Assembly (NCBI RefSeq): GCF_009914755.1
Contig: NC_060934.1
Direction: 5' to 3' (one strand)
Source: the human T2T-CHM13v2.0 reference genome, Homo sapiens
Length of the DNA: 64,000 nucleotides
Shown piece after piece: positions 40,337-58,235 of this stretch. Under the pieces are notes generated by a model, which worked only from the letters and a program-made list of their open reading frames with translations, searched no databases and was not told the DNA's origin. The first letter of the stretch is position 1. Each line of letters begins with the position of its first letter. Position numbers and translations under genes: made by a program.

Positions 40337-40385
40337 ATAGGTTGGTGCAAAAGTAATTGCGGTTTTTGGCATTAAAAGTAATGGT
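40337..40385. mobile_element. Half MADE1 (Hsmar1 mariner MITE)
   Basis: taggttggtgcaaaagtaattgcggtttttggcattaaaagtaatgg = one TIR plus spacer. Confidence 0.9.
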
Positions 40386-41185
40386 TAGTTCACCTATAGC
40401 TGGTTAGTTAGTATCATAGAACCTTTGGTGAGTTCTAGCTGGGCCAACTAGCTACATGGTTTATGATTCCTCTCCTCAGTATCCTAAATGGACAGCCAAG
40501 CTAGTATTTTTATTTATTTTTCTTTAATTTTGTTTAATTGTGGTAAAATACACATAACGTAAAATTACCATCATAACCATTTTTAAATGTATAGATCAGA
40601 ATGACTTCACATGGTTGTGTCACCATCACCACCATCCATCTCAGGCTTTCTTTCATCTTCCGTAACTGAAACTTTATCTCCATTAAACACTAACTGGCTA
40701 TTTCCCCTTCCCTCCAGCCCCTGGCAACCACCGTTCTATATTCTGTGATCTTGACTACTCAGGGTACCTCCTGAAAGTGGAATCATGCGATGCTTGCCCT
40801 TTAGTGACTGGCTTATTGCACTTAGCGTAATATTTTATTCTCTTTAACAAACACTTGCATGATGCTTATTATGTGGCGTGTTTTACAAATATTAACTCAT
40901 TTAATGAGTTAATATTGATCTTCAATGTACAGATAAGGAAATCAAGGCACAAAATGGTTCAGTAACATTCCTGATGTCACAGAACTAGCCAACAGCAGGG
41001 CCACACACATCAGCCCCCATACACTGTACCTATCCCTCTCTCTTAACGTCTTAGATAAGTCTGATCCTTTGAAAGGAGCCCAGTCCCCAGCTCCTCCCCT
41101 CCCCTCCCTTGTAACCCTCTAATAGTCAGAGGCAGCTGCCAGGCTGCCTCTGAAAATGCTGCATCTGAGGCTCCCCAGAACTTAG

Positions 41186-41425
<240 letters not shown>

Positions 41426-41431
41426 TGAAAA

Positions 41432-41603
41432 TGGGAAAGATTGCAGAGTGACGGGGATGGCATCATTTTTACAAATCCAAATGCTGCTTCCATATTCAAA
41501 TTAGGGTTTTATTTTTCTGGGAAAGATTACAGAGTGACGGGGATGGCATCATTTTTACAAATCCAAATGCTGCTTCCATATTCAAATTAGGGTTTTATTT
41601 TTC
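41432..41603. repeat. Tandem duplication, 2 x 86 bp, one mismatch
   Basis: tgggaaagatt[g/a]cagagtgacgggg...ttttatttttc at 41432 and 41518. Confidence 0.97.
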
Positions 41604-41612
41604 TATCTCTGA

Positions 41613-42007
<395 letters not shown>

Positions 42008-42165
42008 TAGTCATTTGAAACACATTCATTCATTTATCTTTTCATCAAATTATCATTGAGCTCCTAAGTATGCCAGGCACAGTTCTAGGTATCAGGACAC
42101 AGCAGTGAACAGCACGTACATTTCTGTTCCCAACTGCATAGAATGATGTCTGCTTTGATATTTAG

Positions 42166-42295
42166 GCTTGCCGAGGGACCGAGCTTGATGATGGCATCCA
42201 GGCCGACTCGGGGCCCATCAATGACACAGATGCTAATCCTCGATACAAGATCCCAGTGGAAGCTGACTTCCTCTTCGCCTATTCCACGGTTCCAG
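42166..42295 (+). CDS. CASP7: Caspase-7 coding exon 5 (ACRG with catalytic Cys186; IQAD/S intersubunit cleavage site)
   Basis: Acceptor tttag|gct, donor ccag|gtatca; 130 nt; manual translation [43 protein letters not shown]. Confidence 0.98.
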
Positions 42296-42362
42296 GTATC
42301 ATGTCCATTGTCTGCCAAGCATACTTCAGTCCATTCCATCATCAAAACACAGATTTGGGGAC

Positions 42363-42826
42363 TGTATTCGTTTCCTCTTGCTGCAGTAATACATTACTAC
42401 AAACACAGTGGCTTAAAATACACAAATGTATTATCTTGCAGTTCTGGAGGTCAGAATTCCAAAATAGGTTGGCAGGGCTACGTTCCTTTTGGAGGCTCAA
42501 GGGAAAATCCATTTCCCAGCCTTTACGTGGCATGTTAGAACCACCTGCATTCCTTGGCTGTGGCCCCTTCCTTCATCTTCAAAGCCAGCAACTTTGCATC
42601 TCTCTGACCCTTCTGTCGTTTACCGTGCTCTCTTTCTGACCACAGCTGAGAAAGGACACCTGTGATTAGATGGAACCCACCTGGATGCTCCAGGATCATC
42701 TCCCCATGTCAATCCGATACCCTTAACCACATCTGCAAAGTCCTTTCTTCCACATAAGGTTTCATGTTCATAGGTTCCAGGGTTAGGGCGTGGACATCTT
42801 TGGGCACCATTATTCTGCCTACCACA
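42363..42826. mobile_element. MLT1C/D-like MaLR LTR
   Basis: tgtattcgtttcctcttgctgcagtaa...attctgcctaccaca termini. Confidence 0.8.
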
Positions 42827-43365
42827 GAAATGCATTCACTTTTCTCTCCAGGAAAGCTGAATTCTCTCATTTGTTATTATTATTATTGTTTTAGTAGTTA
42901 TAAGGACAAACATTTCTGTAGTACTTTGCAATATAGAGTATCTTTCATGTGTTTTTTCTCATATACAATAATACCGTAAGTATTTAGGAAAGGTGTTATT
43001 CCTGTCCTGATTTTACAGGTAAAATAAAAGAATTTTTAGTTTGGATGAATCTAAGTGATATGCCTAAGGTCAGGTAGAGATTTCAGTGCACAGTAGAGCT
43101 GTGAGTCAGCCAAGGTTCCTTTACACGGCAGCCTGTACACAGATACCAGAAAACGCCAGCAATGGGCAAGCCTACTCACTATTTACCAAGCACTACATTT
43201 GACTGAATCTGTTCAATGAAAGTCCTTCCTTTGTTTTGGGTACAAACCAGCACTAAGTTAGAATTTTCCCAGCTGTAATAGTAGTTGTGTCAAGTATTTG
43301 GCACAAGGGTACTGGTTACAGTAAATAGGTTGATGTGTTTGGAAAACCAGCTCTGGCAGGATCTA

Positions 43366-43932
<567 letters not shown>

Positions 43933-43999
43933 TCAGACGGAGTGCTGAGGGGCTGGATAGCCCAGTGCATTTGGTAAAACTCGGGGCTGGATCTCAGGG

Positions 44000-44384
44000 T
44001 ATATCAGTCTTCTTGGGCTGCTATAGCAAAATACCTTAGACAAGGTGGCTTAAACAACAGACATTTATTTCTCTAAGTTATGGATGCTGGGAAGTCCAAG
44101 ATCAAGGTGCCGGCTAAGTTGCTTTCTGGTGAGGGCTCCCTTTCTAGCTCATAAATGGTCACGTTCTTGCTATAGCCTCATATGGCAGAGATTGAGAGCA
44201 AGACTGAGTGAGGTCTGTTGTGTCTCTTCTTATAAGGACACCAATCCTCTTGGATCAGAGCCCTACCCTAGTGACCTCATTGGACCTTAATTACCTCCAT
44301 AAAGACCCTGCCTCTAAACACAGTCACATTATGGGGTGCGGCTTCAATAAATGAATTTTGGGAAGACATAGTTCAGTCCATAGC
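44000..44384. mobile_element. MLT1A-like MaLR LTR
   Basis: gggctgctatagcaaaatacc...gttcagtccatagca. Confidence 0.8.
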
Positions 44385-45137
44385 AAGGGATATGACAGGG
44401 CATGGCCAGGGTCAAACCAGGACAGGTAGGCAGGTGGCCCTGTCATGGTGGAACCTGTGTGCTATGTCAAGCAGCCTGAACTTTACTCAGATAAAGTGGC
44501 GCAAGGGAACGGTTTTAGGTTAGGGAGTTATAGGATGAGATTTGCCCTCCCGGGTCATCAGGCTCTCCTGGCCCTGCCCCTCAGACAATTGGGCATTCAG
44601 CTTCCTTGTGCCTCTAGATTTCTTCAGCAAGGTCCAACTCTACTCCTATGTATCCCAGCAGCAGGAACACATCTCAGAATTCCTTGAGGTTCTCTGCAAA
44701 TTCCTTCTCTAGTAGGCTTGGATTAGGAAGTAGCACTGACCCCTAAAGGATAGTGAGGAGTTCCAGAGTTATGGAATAGACCTCCAGCATTTCCTTTGGA
44801 AGTCTGCACATGCAGATCTGTCTCACACCCACGTATCTGATATTTATCAGGTGGGTACGTCCATCAAAACTGACACAAGAGAGTACCCTGGCAACATCCA
44901 CCAATGCTGGCCCTTAGTGATGCTGTCTGTCATGGGATTTCCATGCTGAAATACTCAAAGCATTTTCTAGCATCTTCATGCCAGCCGTTAAATCTCAGAT
45001 GTTTGCTCTCTGAGCACACCAGCATAATTCTCATTAATGACTTGTGTGCAGAGTAGAGTGAAATAGTTTCTGAAAAGCAGGTGTGAAAGTGCCATATACT
45101 CATTCTCATTGGTGAGTGGAGCAGCTGTCAGAATTAG

Positions 45138-45401
<264 letters not shown>

Positions 45402-46768
45402 CCATATCAGGGGTACATTCTAGCTGAGAAGCAATGGGTCACTCATTAATGAATCACATTTTTTTATGCTCTTGAAATATTCAGAAATTCTCCAGGATTT
45501 TAATTTCAGGAAAATGTATTGATTCAACAGGGAAGAAACTTTCTGGTGCTGTCTTTTGTTCTCTGAATTTTCAGAGACTTTTTTTATAATGTTATTCATT
45601 TGGTGACTGTGTAACTTTCTCTTAAGATTAATTTTCTCTTTGTATGTCTGTTACCTTGTTAATAGACTTAATACATGCAACAGAAGTGACTTCTGGAGAA
45701 AGCTCATGGCTGTGTCCACTGCAATTGGTGGTAACAGTGGTAGAGTCATGTGTGCACTTGGCAAAAAGAATCCCAATGTTTGACAAAACACAGCCAAGGG
45801 GATATTTACTGCTCTTTATTGCAGAATGTGGGTATTGAGTGTGATTTGAATGATTTTTCATTGGCTTAGGGCAGATTTTCATGCAAAAGTTCTCATATGA
45901 GTTAGAGGAGAAAAAGCTTAATGATTCTGATATGTATCCATCAGGATCCAGTCTGGAAAACAGAAACCATTCTAGGTGTTTCAACAGAGGGAGTTTAATA
46001 CAGGAAATTGACTTACATAGATGATAAAAGAGAAGCCAAACAGCAAGAAGCTGTTACCACACCCAGGGCTATGAGGATAATGGGAAGAGGTTTGGTTTCC
46101 TGTGTCCAGTAGTGGGATCATCCAGAGGAGCTGGAACCATGGTGGGGGCTGCCTAGTGGGAGTTAGGACCACCAATGGATTGTGGAAAATGGAGCCATGA
46201 CAAGAACAAAGCCACTGACTGAGATGGAGTGAGCTGAGACAGATAAGAGAATACCTTGGTCTCACCTATCCTGCCCTCACATCTTCCACCAGCACCTTAC
46301 TGCCCAGGCCTATCTGGAAGCCACCTCACCAAGGACCTTGGAAGAGCAAGGGACAGTGAGGCAGGAGAAGAACAAGAAATGGATGTAAGCCTGGCCCATA
46401 ATGTGAACATAAGTAATCACTAATGCTCAACAATTTATCCATTCAATCATTTATTCATTGGGTTGTCAGATAGTCTATGTATGTGTAAAACAATCTGTTT
46501 TGGCTTTATGTGCAAAATCTGTTATAGCTTTAAAATATATCTGGAACTTTTTAGATTATTCCAAGCCTTATTTTGAGTAAATATTTGTTACTTTTAGTTC
46601 TATAAGTGAGGAAGAGTTTATGGCAAAGATTTTTGGCACTTTGTTTTCAAGATGGTGTTATCTTTTGAATTCTTGATAAATGACTGTTTTTTTCTGCCTA
46701 ATAGTAACTGGTTAAAAAACAAATGTTCATATTTATTGATTAAAAATGTGGTTGCTTAATTCCTAACC
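45402..46768 (+). other. CASP7: CASP7 3'UTR (about 1.37 kb)
   Basis: Follows the stop codon; AU-rich; ends shortly after ATTAAA; 3' end approximate. Confidence 0.8.
46739..46744 (+). terminator. CASP7: Polyadenylation signal ATTAAA
   Basis: ATTAAA preceded by U-rich sequence and followed about 30 nt later by a GU/U-rich tract (gtttgctttccttttg). Confidence 0.75.
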
Positions 46769-46796
46769 AGTCCAGTTTGCTTTCCTTTTGAAGTTA

Positions 46797-47160
<364 letters not shown>

Positions 47161-48090
47161 GATTTGACCCTATTGACTTGACCTCAACACATAATATATA
47201 ATTTTTTTGAAGTGAGTACACTAGTAAGTAAATTATCACTTGGGAAGCCAGGACTCTTCACATAAAGGGTTAATCAATTTAGAAAGATGTTTGTGATGGG
47301 CTGCCATTTATTAATTTTGGCAATAAAATCAGGTAACATAAAAGTATCTTCTTTCAAATAAGAAAACTAATTTTGGGTGTGTTTACTAGACTTGTCCTTG
47401 GTTTCCTGCCATCTAAAATATGCCACATGTTCAAAATTGGAGATCATAACAGACATCTACACTACTATTCCCAGAATTCACAGGCTGTTCTTTGGAAAAT
47501 AAGCTATCTAATAAAGGTCTCTATCACAGAAATCAAAGGGCCTAAGTGCATTGCAATTTGAAGTAAACACCATACAATCTACTTATTTGCCTTGTAACCT
47601 TCATTAAAGGGAAAGAAATGCTCCCAAGTGTCAGGATTAATTTTTCCTGAATTCTCTGGGAAGTTATACCTTACAGATAATGAATATTACCTTATATCCC
47701 TTAGACTTTTAATAAAGAGTCTTAGTCCTTGAATACTTCCATGGGCAGACACTTATTTATTGAGATCAGAAATCCGAGTTCAACTTGGGAATGTGTTCAG
47801 TGATACCACTTTCATTCTAAACTTTCCAGACTTTTTATATTCCGAAATTCTGAGGACAAGTTACCCTAAAGGAGAACTCGGTCCTGGTGAATATACATTC
47901 CCAATTCTCATCGTTGTTGAGAACCCCAGTTCCTCCTCACAGGAGTATCAGACAGGGCACTGCCCTTGTCCTATGGGAAGACAGTGCAGACTACAGCATC
48001 CCCACTGGCTTTATGAGCTCAAAGCTGGATTTCTGTTTGGATTTTCATTTTCCTCAGGGTGCCATTAGGTTATTTAAATTTTTAGCTATT

Positions 48091-48405
<315 letters not shown>

Positions 48406-48974
48406 AATGTATTTTTTAAATATATTAACTATTAATACATTCACAGACAGCTTTGGGCTCTGCCCTGGGCTTTTTCTCTGAGCAAATTTCCACAAGCTGT
48501 CATCAGCCCAATGTGTTTATGAACTGCTACAAATCGGTCTGAAAGTCCTGCGGTCACTGAATTTACATGATTTAAAACCTCGAGGAAACCAAGGCCTCTC
48601 TGTGAGAAAGAAAACAACATCCACCAAAATGTCCTAGACACTGGCTGACAAATCCCTTATTTTGCCCAGTCTTGCAGTGCGTCACCTGAAATCTTTTATT
48701 ACCAGCTACTCTGGTGACCAAGGATTGATTGCCTTTGACTTCCTCGAAGCACACCATTTTTGCCAGCTTTTCATCTTTCAGGCCCTTTTCCAGAAAACCT
48801 CTGGCCAGGTAAGAGGCTGTGTTGGTCATCAGTTTATAGCAAAAATTCTTCTGTGTTAATTAGCCACTGGACAAATAGCAGCAGCCCAGGTATCCTAAAG
48901 AATTCTTCGAAGACATGCAGATCAGAAAGCTACTTTATACTGTTTGCTTGTAAATGTTTTAGTGCCTTGCAACA

Positions 48975-49125
48975 TTGAGCGAGTGCCTGGACTGGCCACA
49001 TCAGCATCCCCTGGGAGCTTGTCAGAAATGCAGACTCTCAACCCCGCCCCAGACCTACTCAACGTGAATCTGCATTTTAACCAGATTCCCAAGTGGTCCA
49101 TGTGTACATTACAGTTTAGGAAGCT
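48975..49125. mobile_element. MER5A-like hAT MITE
   Basis: catcagcatcccctgggagcttgtcagaaatgcagactctc...ctgcattttaac. Confidence 0.7.
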
Positions 49126-50372
49126 CTATTTTGAGGACAAGGACCACATGTATATATATATATATTTTTTTGGTCTCCCCTCTGCACTGAACATGGAGCT
49201 GATAGTACATGCCTACAAAGGATTAATAAAAGAATATTTTGGAGCTTTCATGGAAGACAGGTTTTCAAGCTCTCCTAACCTCTTTTAAAATTCCACGATA
49301 CCCTTAAAGTACATAGTACACTTTTTACACTCTTTGCCCAGCTCCATGTTAAATAAGCCTTTGCTGAGTGGCATAAAAGGATTATTTATATGATCTCAAA
49401 GTGTCTGTGAATGTGAATTGCAGCCTTTAAAATGTTTTCATAAACATAATAGGATTAAAGGAGCCATTTCTTGCATGCTTTTTTTGGTGGCAGGACTGCT
49501 GAGCATTGAGGCTTCAGAGCTTTCTTTTCCACCTGTCCTATCCCTAGAGCCCAGTGGACACTGGGAGAATTATTATTTCTCCTTGACAGTGTGCCCTCAA
49601 GCCATAGGTCACCTTTTTGATAGACCTCAGGGCTTTGTTTTGGATCAGGTGGCAAATAATTCTTTTTGATTCATAAATCATTAACACAAACACACCAAGG
49701 ACATATTTGGAAAGCCCAGCCACCACCACAGTACTGAGGTGGACATGGAAACTCCATTAACTTGTAGGTTCATGCATGATCGGCTCTCTAAAAGTACGCA
49801 ACAAACATCAGAAAACACAAAAGCCAAATACGATGAGTTTGCTTCGGCATAACTTTTGGTTTTTATGGCACTATGAATATTTATGGCACTGCAGTTTTCT
49901 AACAAATATTTGTTGTAATCATTTAAAGCCAAACTGTCAAAGAATTTAAATTTGGAAGGCACATGGGGTTATGGCTGCAAATAAACGAGGCTGAGCATTT
50001 CGCGAGCTTTAAGTGTCTGACCCAAGTAAATAGTATAAGATTCGAGAAAGAGTTGGGAAAGAGGAAGGTGTACATGGTGAGATAGGTTTGGTCTCCGTTG
50101 CTAGTTCTAGCTTCCGTTATTTTAAGTAGATCTCAATTAGTATAGCATCAAACGTTTTAGCAGAGGTGCTTTTAACCATTCATGTTTAAAAATTAGGCTC
50201 TGAGTCTGATCCAAGTTCTAATCCTAACTCTGTCATTTAACCATTTAATACTCACATAACCCACATAACCTTAGGCAGTCCTTCAGTTTCCTCATCTACA
50301 TATGAAGATGGTAATGTGAAAATTAATGAGATAATGTACATGAAATGCTTAGTACAATGCCTGGCACAAAGT

Positions 50373-50960
50373 TGTAACCGAAAGAGGATCTGGCTGCTCA
50401 CCACTTACAGAAAGAAGCCAAAATAACAAGAACAAGGTGTGATCAAAGGAGAGTGAATTTTATTATCCAATGCCAACAAGGGGAAAAGGTCAGAATCCTT
50501 TCTGAAAATTGCCACCTTTTCAGTTTCTGGAGAGTGGGCAATGGTTTAAGAATAGAGGCTTGGAATACAGGGAGGGGGAGGGGCTCGGAGGTGCCAGGTG
50601 GCATGTTTCACTCCGATGGCTTATCTTAAATTATTGCTCCAACTGGCGAAGGGGCCAGCACCATCTTGGGCCCAACCAGCTTACAAATTAATTGCAGTCA
50701 ATTGTGCAGTTAATGTCTCGCTGGGAGTGAACTCCGTCCTTGAAGTCATCTCCCGCTAGGGGGAGAGTTCCAGAGATGCCTCGTCCATGTCAGGATTCGG
50801 CCCCTGAAGCTTCTAAGGAAATACATGACCAGATAAGTGGGCATGGTGTGAGCTTAACAAGAATCTAGGTAAATAACTGTGCATAGGCATGGGAGCATAA
50901 GGTGGAAAAGGAAAGGAAAAAAGTTCTTAAAACAGTTTGAAACTAAGCTGCTCAGTTACA
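50373..50960 (-). mobile_element. ERV1-class solo LTR inserted into a MIR
   Basis: TGTAAC...GTTACA termini with 4-bp TSD aagt; AATAAA on the minus strand near 50460; subfamily not identified. Confidence 0.8.
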
Positions 50961-53082
50961 AAGTAATCGACAAGTAGTAGATATCAAAGATGATGGTGAT
51001 GAATGATGATGATGACGATGACATGAGGCTCATGGAGGGGCAAGAACGGAAGATGCCCCCCTGGATGCCTCACTTGCTCTTTCTGCCTCCAGGTCTCTTC
51101 CTTAGTCATGCTTTTCAGTCTATGCTTTCAACCTGAGGTCTCCCAGAAGTGAAGGGATTAGATCAGCGACTGCTTTATTTAGCAAACATTCAGAGTCCTA
51201 CTAGATGCCAGATGTCATATTAGGGATGGGGCTAGAAAGATGACCAAGAAAGGATGCTTATACCAAAGGAGGTGAACAAATCACTCTAGGGCTTAGTGGC
51301 TGTAACACAGTCATGTGTACATTACCCAGGAATACAGAGGGGGTGCATCCTGCCTGGGGATTCCAAGAGAGGTTCCAAAGGAACTGTTTTCATCATCTTC
51401 CATTCCAGCCTCCAAAAAAGGCTGAAGGGAAGGTGGTGGAGAGGAAATTAAGGTTAGCAGGTAGAAGATGGCCTGAGAATTCCTGGAAGATCGGTTTAGG
51501 AAGGAAATCACTATGTCCCACTGCATCCTCATTGCAAATCAATAGGTCTAGGGTGGAGACCAGGAATCTGCATGTTTAACCAACCTGCCTAGATATTCTG
51601 AGGCAGGTGGTCCTCAGACAACATGGATTATTCTGATACCAAAAGACTCCCTTGCAGATCTGCAGGAGTGGCAGCAAAGCCCAAATTAAACAGCTGGAAA
51701 AGATCACCCAGGGGCCAGCAGCGCATTGGCTGTTCAAAGACCTGGCTAGCCATCCTATCCCCAGATTGAATAGCAAAGGATTCAGGGCATAAATGAGTTC
51801 AGTACTGGAGCATTCTTGTCCAGAAACTTCCAGAGGCTGCACAGGAATGCCAAGCCCTTGTTGGCCAGGCAGGTTTGAGGAAGACTGTGAAGTGTGAGGG
51901 AGGGGTGGATCAGCAGACAGCTTTCACTGAATGGGTCCAGGTGCACTGACTTCTCCAGCTGGTGTCAGCAGGCACACGTCTTTCTCTTCCTCTCGATTGC
52001 ATCACTTAGGCAATCATTTCTAGACAAGATGGGCCACTCATGTATTCCCTCTCCTCCAGTGCCTCATAGGTGCCACAATGCAAAATGCTCCCCTTAACAA
52101 CATTTTGAGGTTGACATTTTTAAAGGAACTTTTCTCTACAGCACCTTTTGTAATTAACTAGATTAATGTTAAGTAGGGAAGGGAACACAGAATTCTCAAG
52201 TGAATGTGGTTTTTAAAAATATATTAGGATATAGGACCCATTCTCAACCGCTTAGGAAAATCAGCTTTTGCAAATTATCTTTTCTGAAGCTTCCAGCTGC
52301 CTTAAGTGCTGACAGTTTTTAAGCACTGAGATGAAAGAGACAAATTCTTTTTCTTTTGTGTTACTAATTACAATTTTGCTTGGCATAATGTAGCCTGCTT
52401 TCCTCTTGAGACATTTGCCAGCATACATTAATTGCACAAATATTTACAGAGGGCTAAAGCACAGGAGAAGCTTATACCAAAAAAGATACTGAACACTTGG
52501 AAAAAAGCCTCTTTGACACATATTTGTGGCCAGCTACCCAGAATCGTATAAACTATTTGCCCCTTAGCCTCAGCAAATGTGTTTAAAGAGCAAGTCCCTG
52601 GGTTGACTTAGTGTTGACTTTGCTGGCAATGACTGCTGAAATCTTTCTTCAAGAGCCTTGTGGTGACACTTTTTTTTTCAGGGTTAAAAATAAGGTTTCC
52701 AAGAATATGCATGCATCTTATGGGTTGCTATATTGTCAACACTTTTTATCTCTCTAGCCACCCACATGGAATGGAAAAGGTTTATCCAATGATTGTTCCA
52801 AACCCCAGGAGTTGCAGAAAGCCAAATTGAGCAAGTCTGGAAAACTTGAATGGCTAAGCCACAAGGTCCTCAATACCATCTTCTTGTTTTCCTAGCATGC
52901 TAATTAAGAAAAAAAAGGCCCTGGTGTCAGATAGCCCCAGGTTCAAATCCCAACTTCGGCACTTCCAAGCTATATGACCTTGAGGAGTCTCTTAATCTCT
53001 CCAAACCTTTCTTCTTTCATCCTCAAATAGAATTAGTCCTATGTGAGTACCTAGGAAATAATACCTACCTCCACAGGTCTTG

Positions 53083-54079
<997 letters not shown>

Positions 54080-54129
54080 CTTTGTGAATTTAGGAAGTAT
54101 GGAAAACTTCAAGGAGTCTATGGAGTTTA

Positions 54130-54514
<385 letters not shown>

Positions 54515-55737
54515 TAGATGTGATGACTGTCAACACTAGCAACACCTTAGAGTCACCTGGAGAGGTTTCCAATCTCAATGCCCAGGCAGCACCCCAGACC
54601 AACTAAATCAGGATCTCTCAGGCTGGCACCCGGGAAGCAGTGTTGTTAAACCTTTCCAGGAGATTCCCATTTGCAGCCAATCTTATCACCAGTGGTAGAA
54701 TAGTCCCAAAAGGGTGAGTTGAACAGTTTAGAAACTTTAGAGTATAAGGAGAGTCCTAAGGGATATCTACACCCTTTATGAGACTGGTTATAAGAGGGGG
54801 AAGAGGAAAGAAAAAACAAAACAAAAAGCAGGAGAGAATTTGCAAAAAATAGATATATTCTATCAGCTTTTTCAAAAATGTAGTACCAAGGGCAAAAGAG
54901 CATGATCGTTTTAAAAACCAGGAAATTTGGGTATGTGCTAGAAATAGTTGATTAAGTAAGAATGCCAGGTAAGAATTTGCTATAATTAATCAACCAGCAC
55001 TTAACAGTGTCCCACATACTCAACAGGGACAATGGTCCCTCTCATTTGAGAGCACAAAAAGATCCTTCAGTGATCGAAAGGGACTGTGTTGGAGGATTTG
55101 TACTTTCAATGAAATTACTGTTGGTTCACAATTTCTCTTCTAGCTTGACAGGACTTGTGGGAGCTGAAGACCAATTTCTCTTTCAGGCATAAAGATATAA
55201 GAGATGTGGGTGGCTCTGTAAAAATGCACAAATCCGTGTTCTAGGTAAACCACAGCTACGTGGGTAGTCACCACTTACCCTTAACTGTCCATGACATCCA
55301 AAAGGAAGTAATCATATAAATAACCATATGTGTGTGTGTGCGTGTGTTTCAATTAACAAATATTTATTGAACTATGTGCCAAGCACTGTTGTTGGCACTG
55401 AACAAAACAATCTTAGTCCTCGTAGGATTTATCTTTTAGTGGGGAAGACAGACAGTTCTAGAGAGAGTGACAGAGAGAGGAGTGTTATGAAGAAAGATAA
55501 AGTAGGAGAAGGAGCTCAGAAACAGTGACGTGGGAGAGAGGAGTCCATGTCAGACAGAGTGGCTGGGAAATGTCTCTTTGAGGAGAATACAGCTGGGCAG
55601 ACACGGGAGTGGAGTGAGGGAGTGGACCACGTGACTGTGTGTAAGAGCTTGGTTCTTGGTGGAGCAAGCAGTGAATGCAAAGGCCCTGGGGCAGCTACAA
55701 CCTGGGCCTCTTTGAGAAGCATCAGAAAAGCCAGGGT

Positions 55738-56375
55738 TTGCTGGTGGGAATGTAAACTAGTACAGCTGCTATGGAAAACAGTGTGGAGATTCTTTAAAGA
55801 ACTAAAAGTAGAACTACCATTTGATCCAGCAATCCCACTACTGGGTATCTACCCAGAGGAAAATAAGTTATTATTCGAAAAAGATACTTGTGCACACATG
55901 TTTATAGCAGCACAATTCACAACTGCAAAATCGTGGAACCAACGCAAATCCCCATCAATCAACAAGTGGATAAAGAAACTGTGAGAAATATATATATGTG
56001 ATGGAATACTACTCAGCTATAAAAAGGAATGAATTAACAGCATTTGCAGTGTCCTGGATTAGATTGGAGACTCTTATTCTAAGTGAAGTAACTCAGGAAT
56101 GGAAAACCAAATATCATATGTTCTCACTGATATGTGGGAGCTAAGCTATGAGGACGCAAAGGCACAAGAATGATACAGTGGACTTTGGGGACTTGGGGGG
56201 AAGAGTGGGAGGGGGATGAGGGATAAAAGACAACATACATGGTGCAGTGTGTACTGCTCAGCTGACGGATGCACCAGGATCTCACAAATCACCACTAATG
56301 AACTTATGTAACCAAATACCTCCTGTACCCCAATAACTTATGGAAAAATAAAATAAAATAATAATTTTTTAAAAA
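55738..56375 (+). mobile_element. 5'-truncated L1PB-like 3' end
   Basis: ORF 55547..55984 C-terminus [18 protein letters not shown]...[11 protein letters not shown] is the L1 ORF2p C-terminus; 3'UTR and A-rich tail follow. Confidence 0.92.
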
Positions 56376-56834
56376 GTATTGCAGAGCAGGGTGCTGGAAG
56401 CAGGGGCAAAAGGCAGGCAGGGCCAGATCAGTCAGGCTTTCAACTGTGGAAAGCACATTGGATTCCTTCTAATGAAACGGGAAACCACTGGAGGGATTGG
56501 AGCAGGGGAGTGACAGGATCTGATGTACAATTGTGAAAGACACTCTGGAGAATGGATTAGCGGGAGAATGAGTGGAGCAGGGAGCGAGGTGGGAGGCTGC
56601 TGCAGTCATGACCTAGGTGGAAATGATGGCAGGTGGAATGGGTCATGAGAAGGCATCCGATTTGGGCGTGGCCTTTAAAAAAAAAAACACTTTATTGAGG
56701 TATGATTGATATGCAAAAAGCTGTGCATATATAATATATACAACTCAGTGAGTTTGGGGATAAGTATACACCTACTGAGGAAGAGCCAGTAGGATTTGCT
56801 GACAAATTTGAGGTGGGAATGTGAGGAAAGGCTA

Positions 56835-57035
<201 letters not shown>

Positions 57036-57206
57036 TTATGGCTTAAGCAGGTGGAAGACATGGGGCTGTTTCCTGAGATTGGGAACAGCTTTGATGCAAG
57101 AGGTAAGAATGACGAAAATCAAAGTTTGTTTTATGCAAGCTGTTCAAGATACCTGCTAGATATCTGTGGTAGACTCTTCCATTAACCCACCCAATATCCA
57201 CTCTCT

Positions 57207-58235
<1,029 letters not shown>

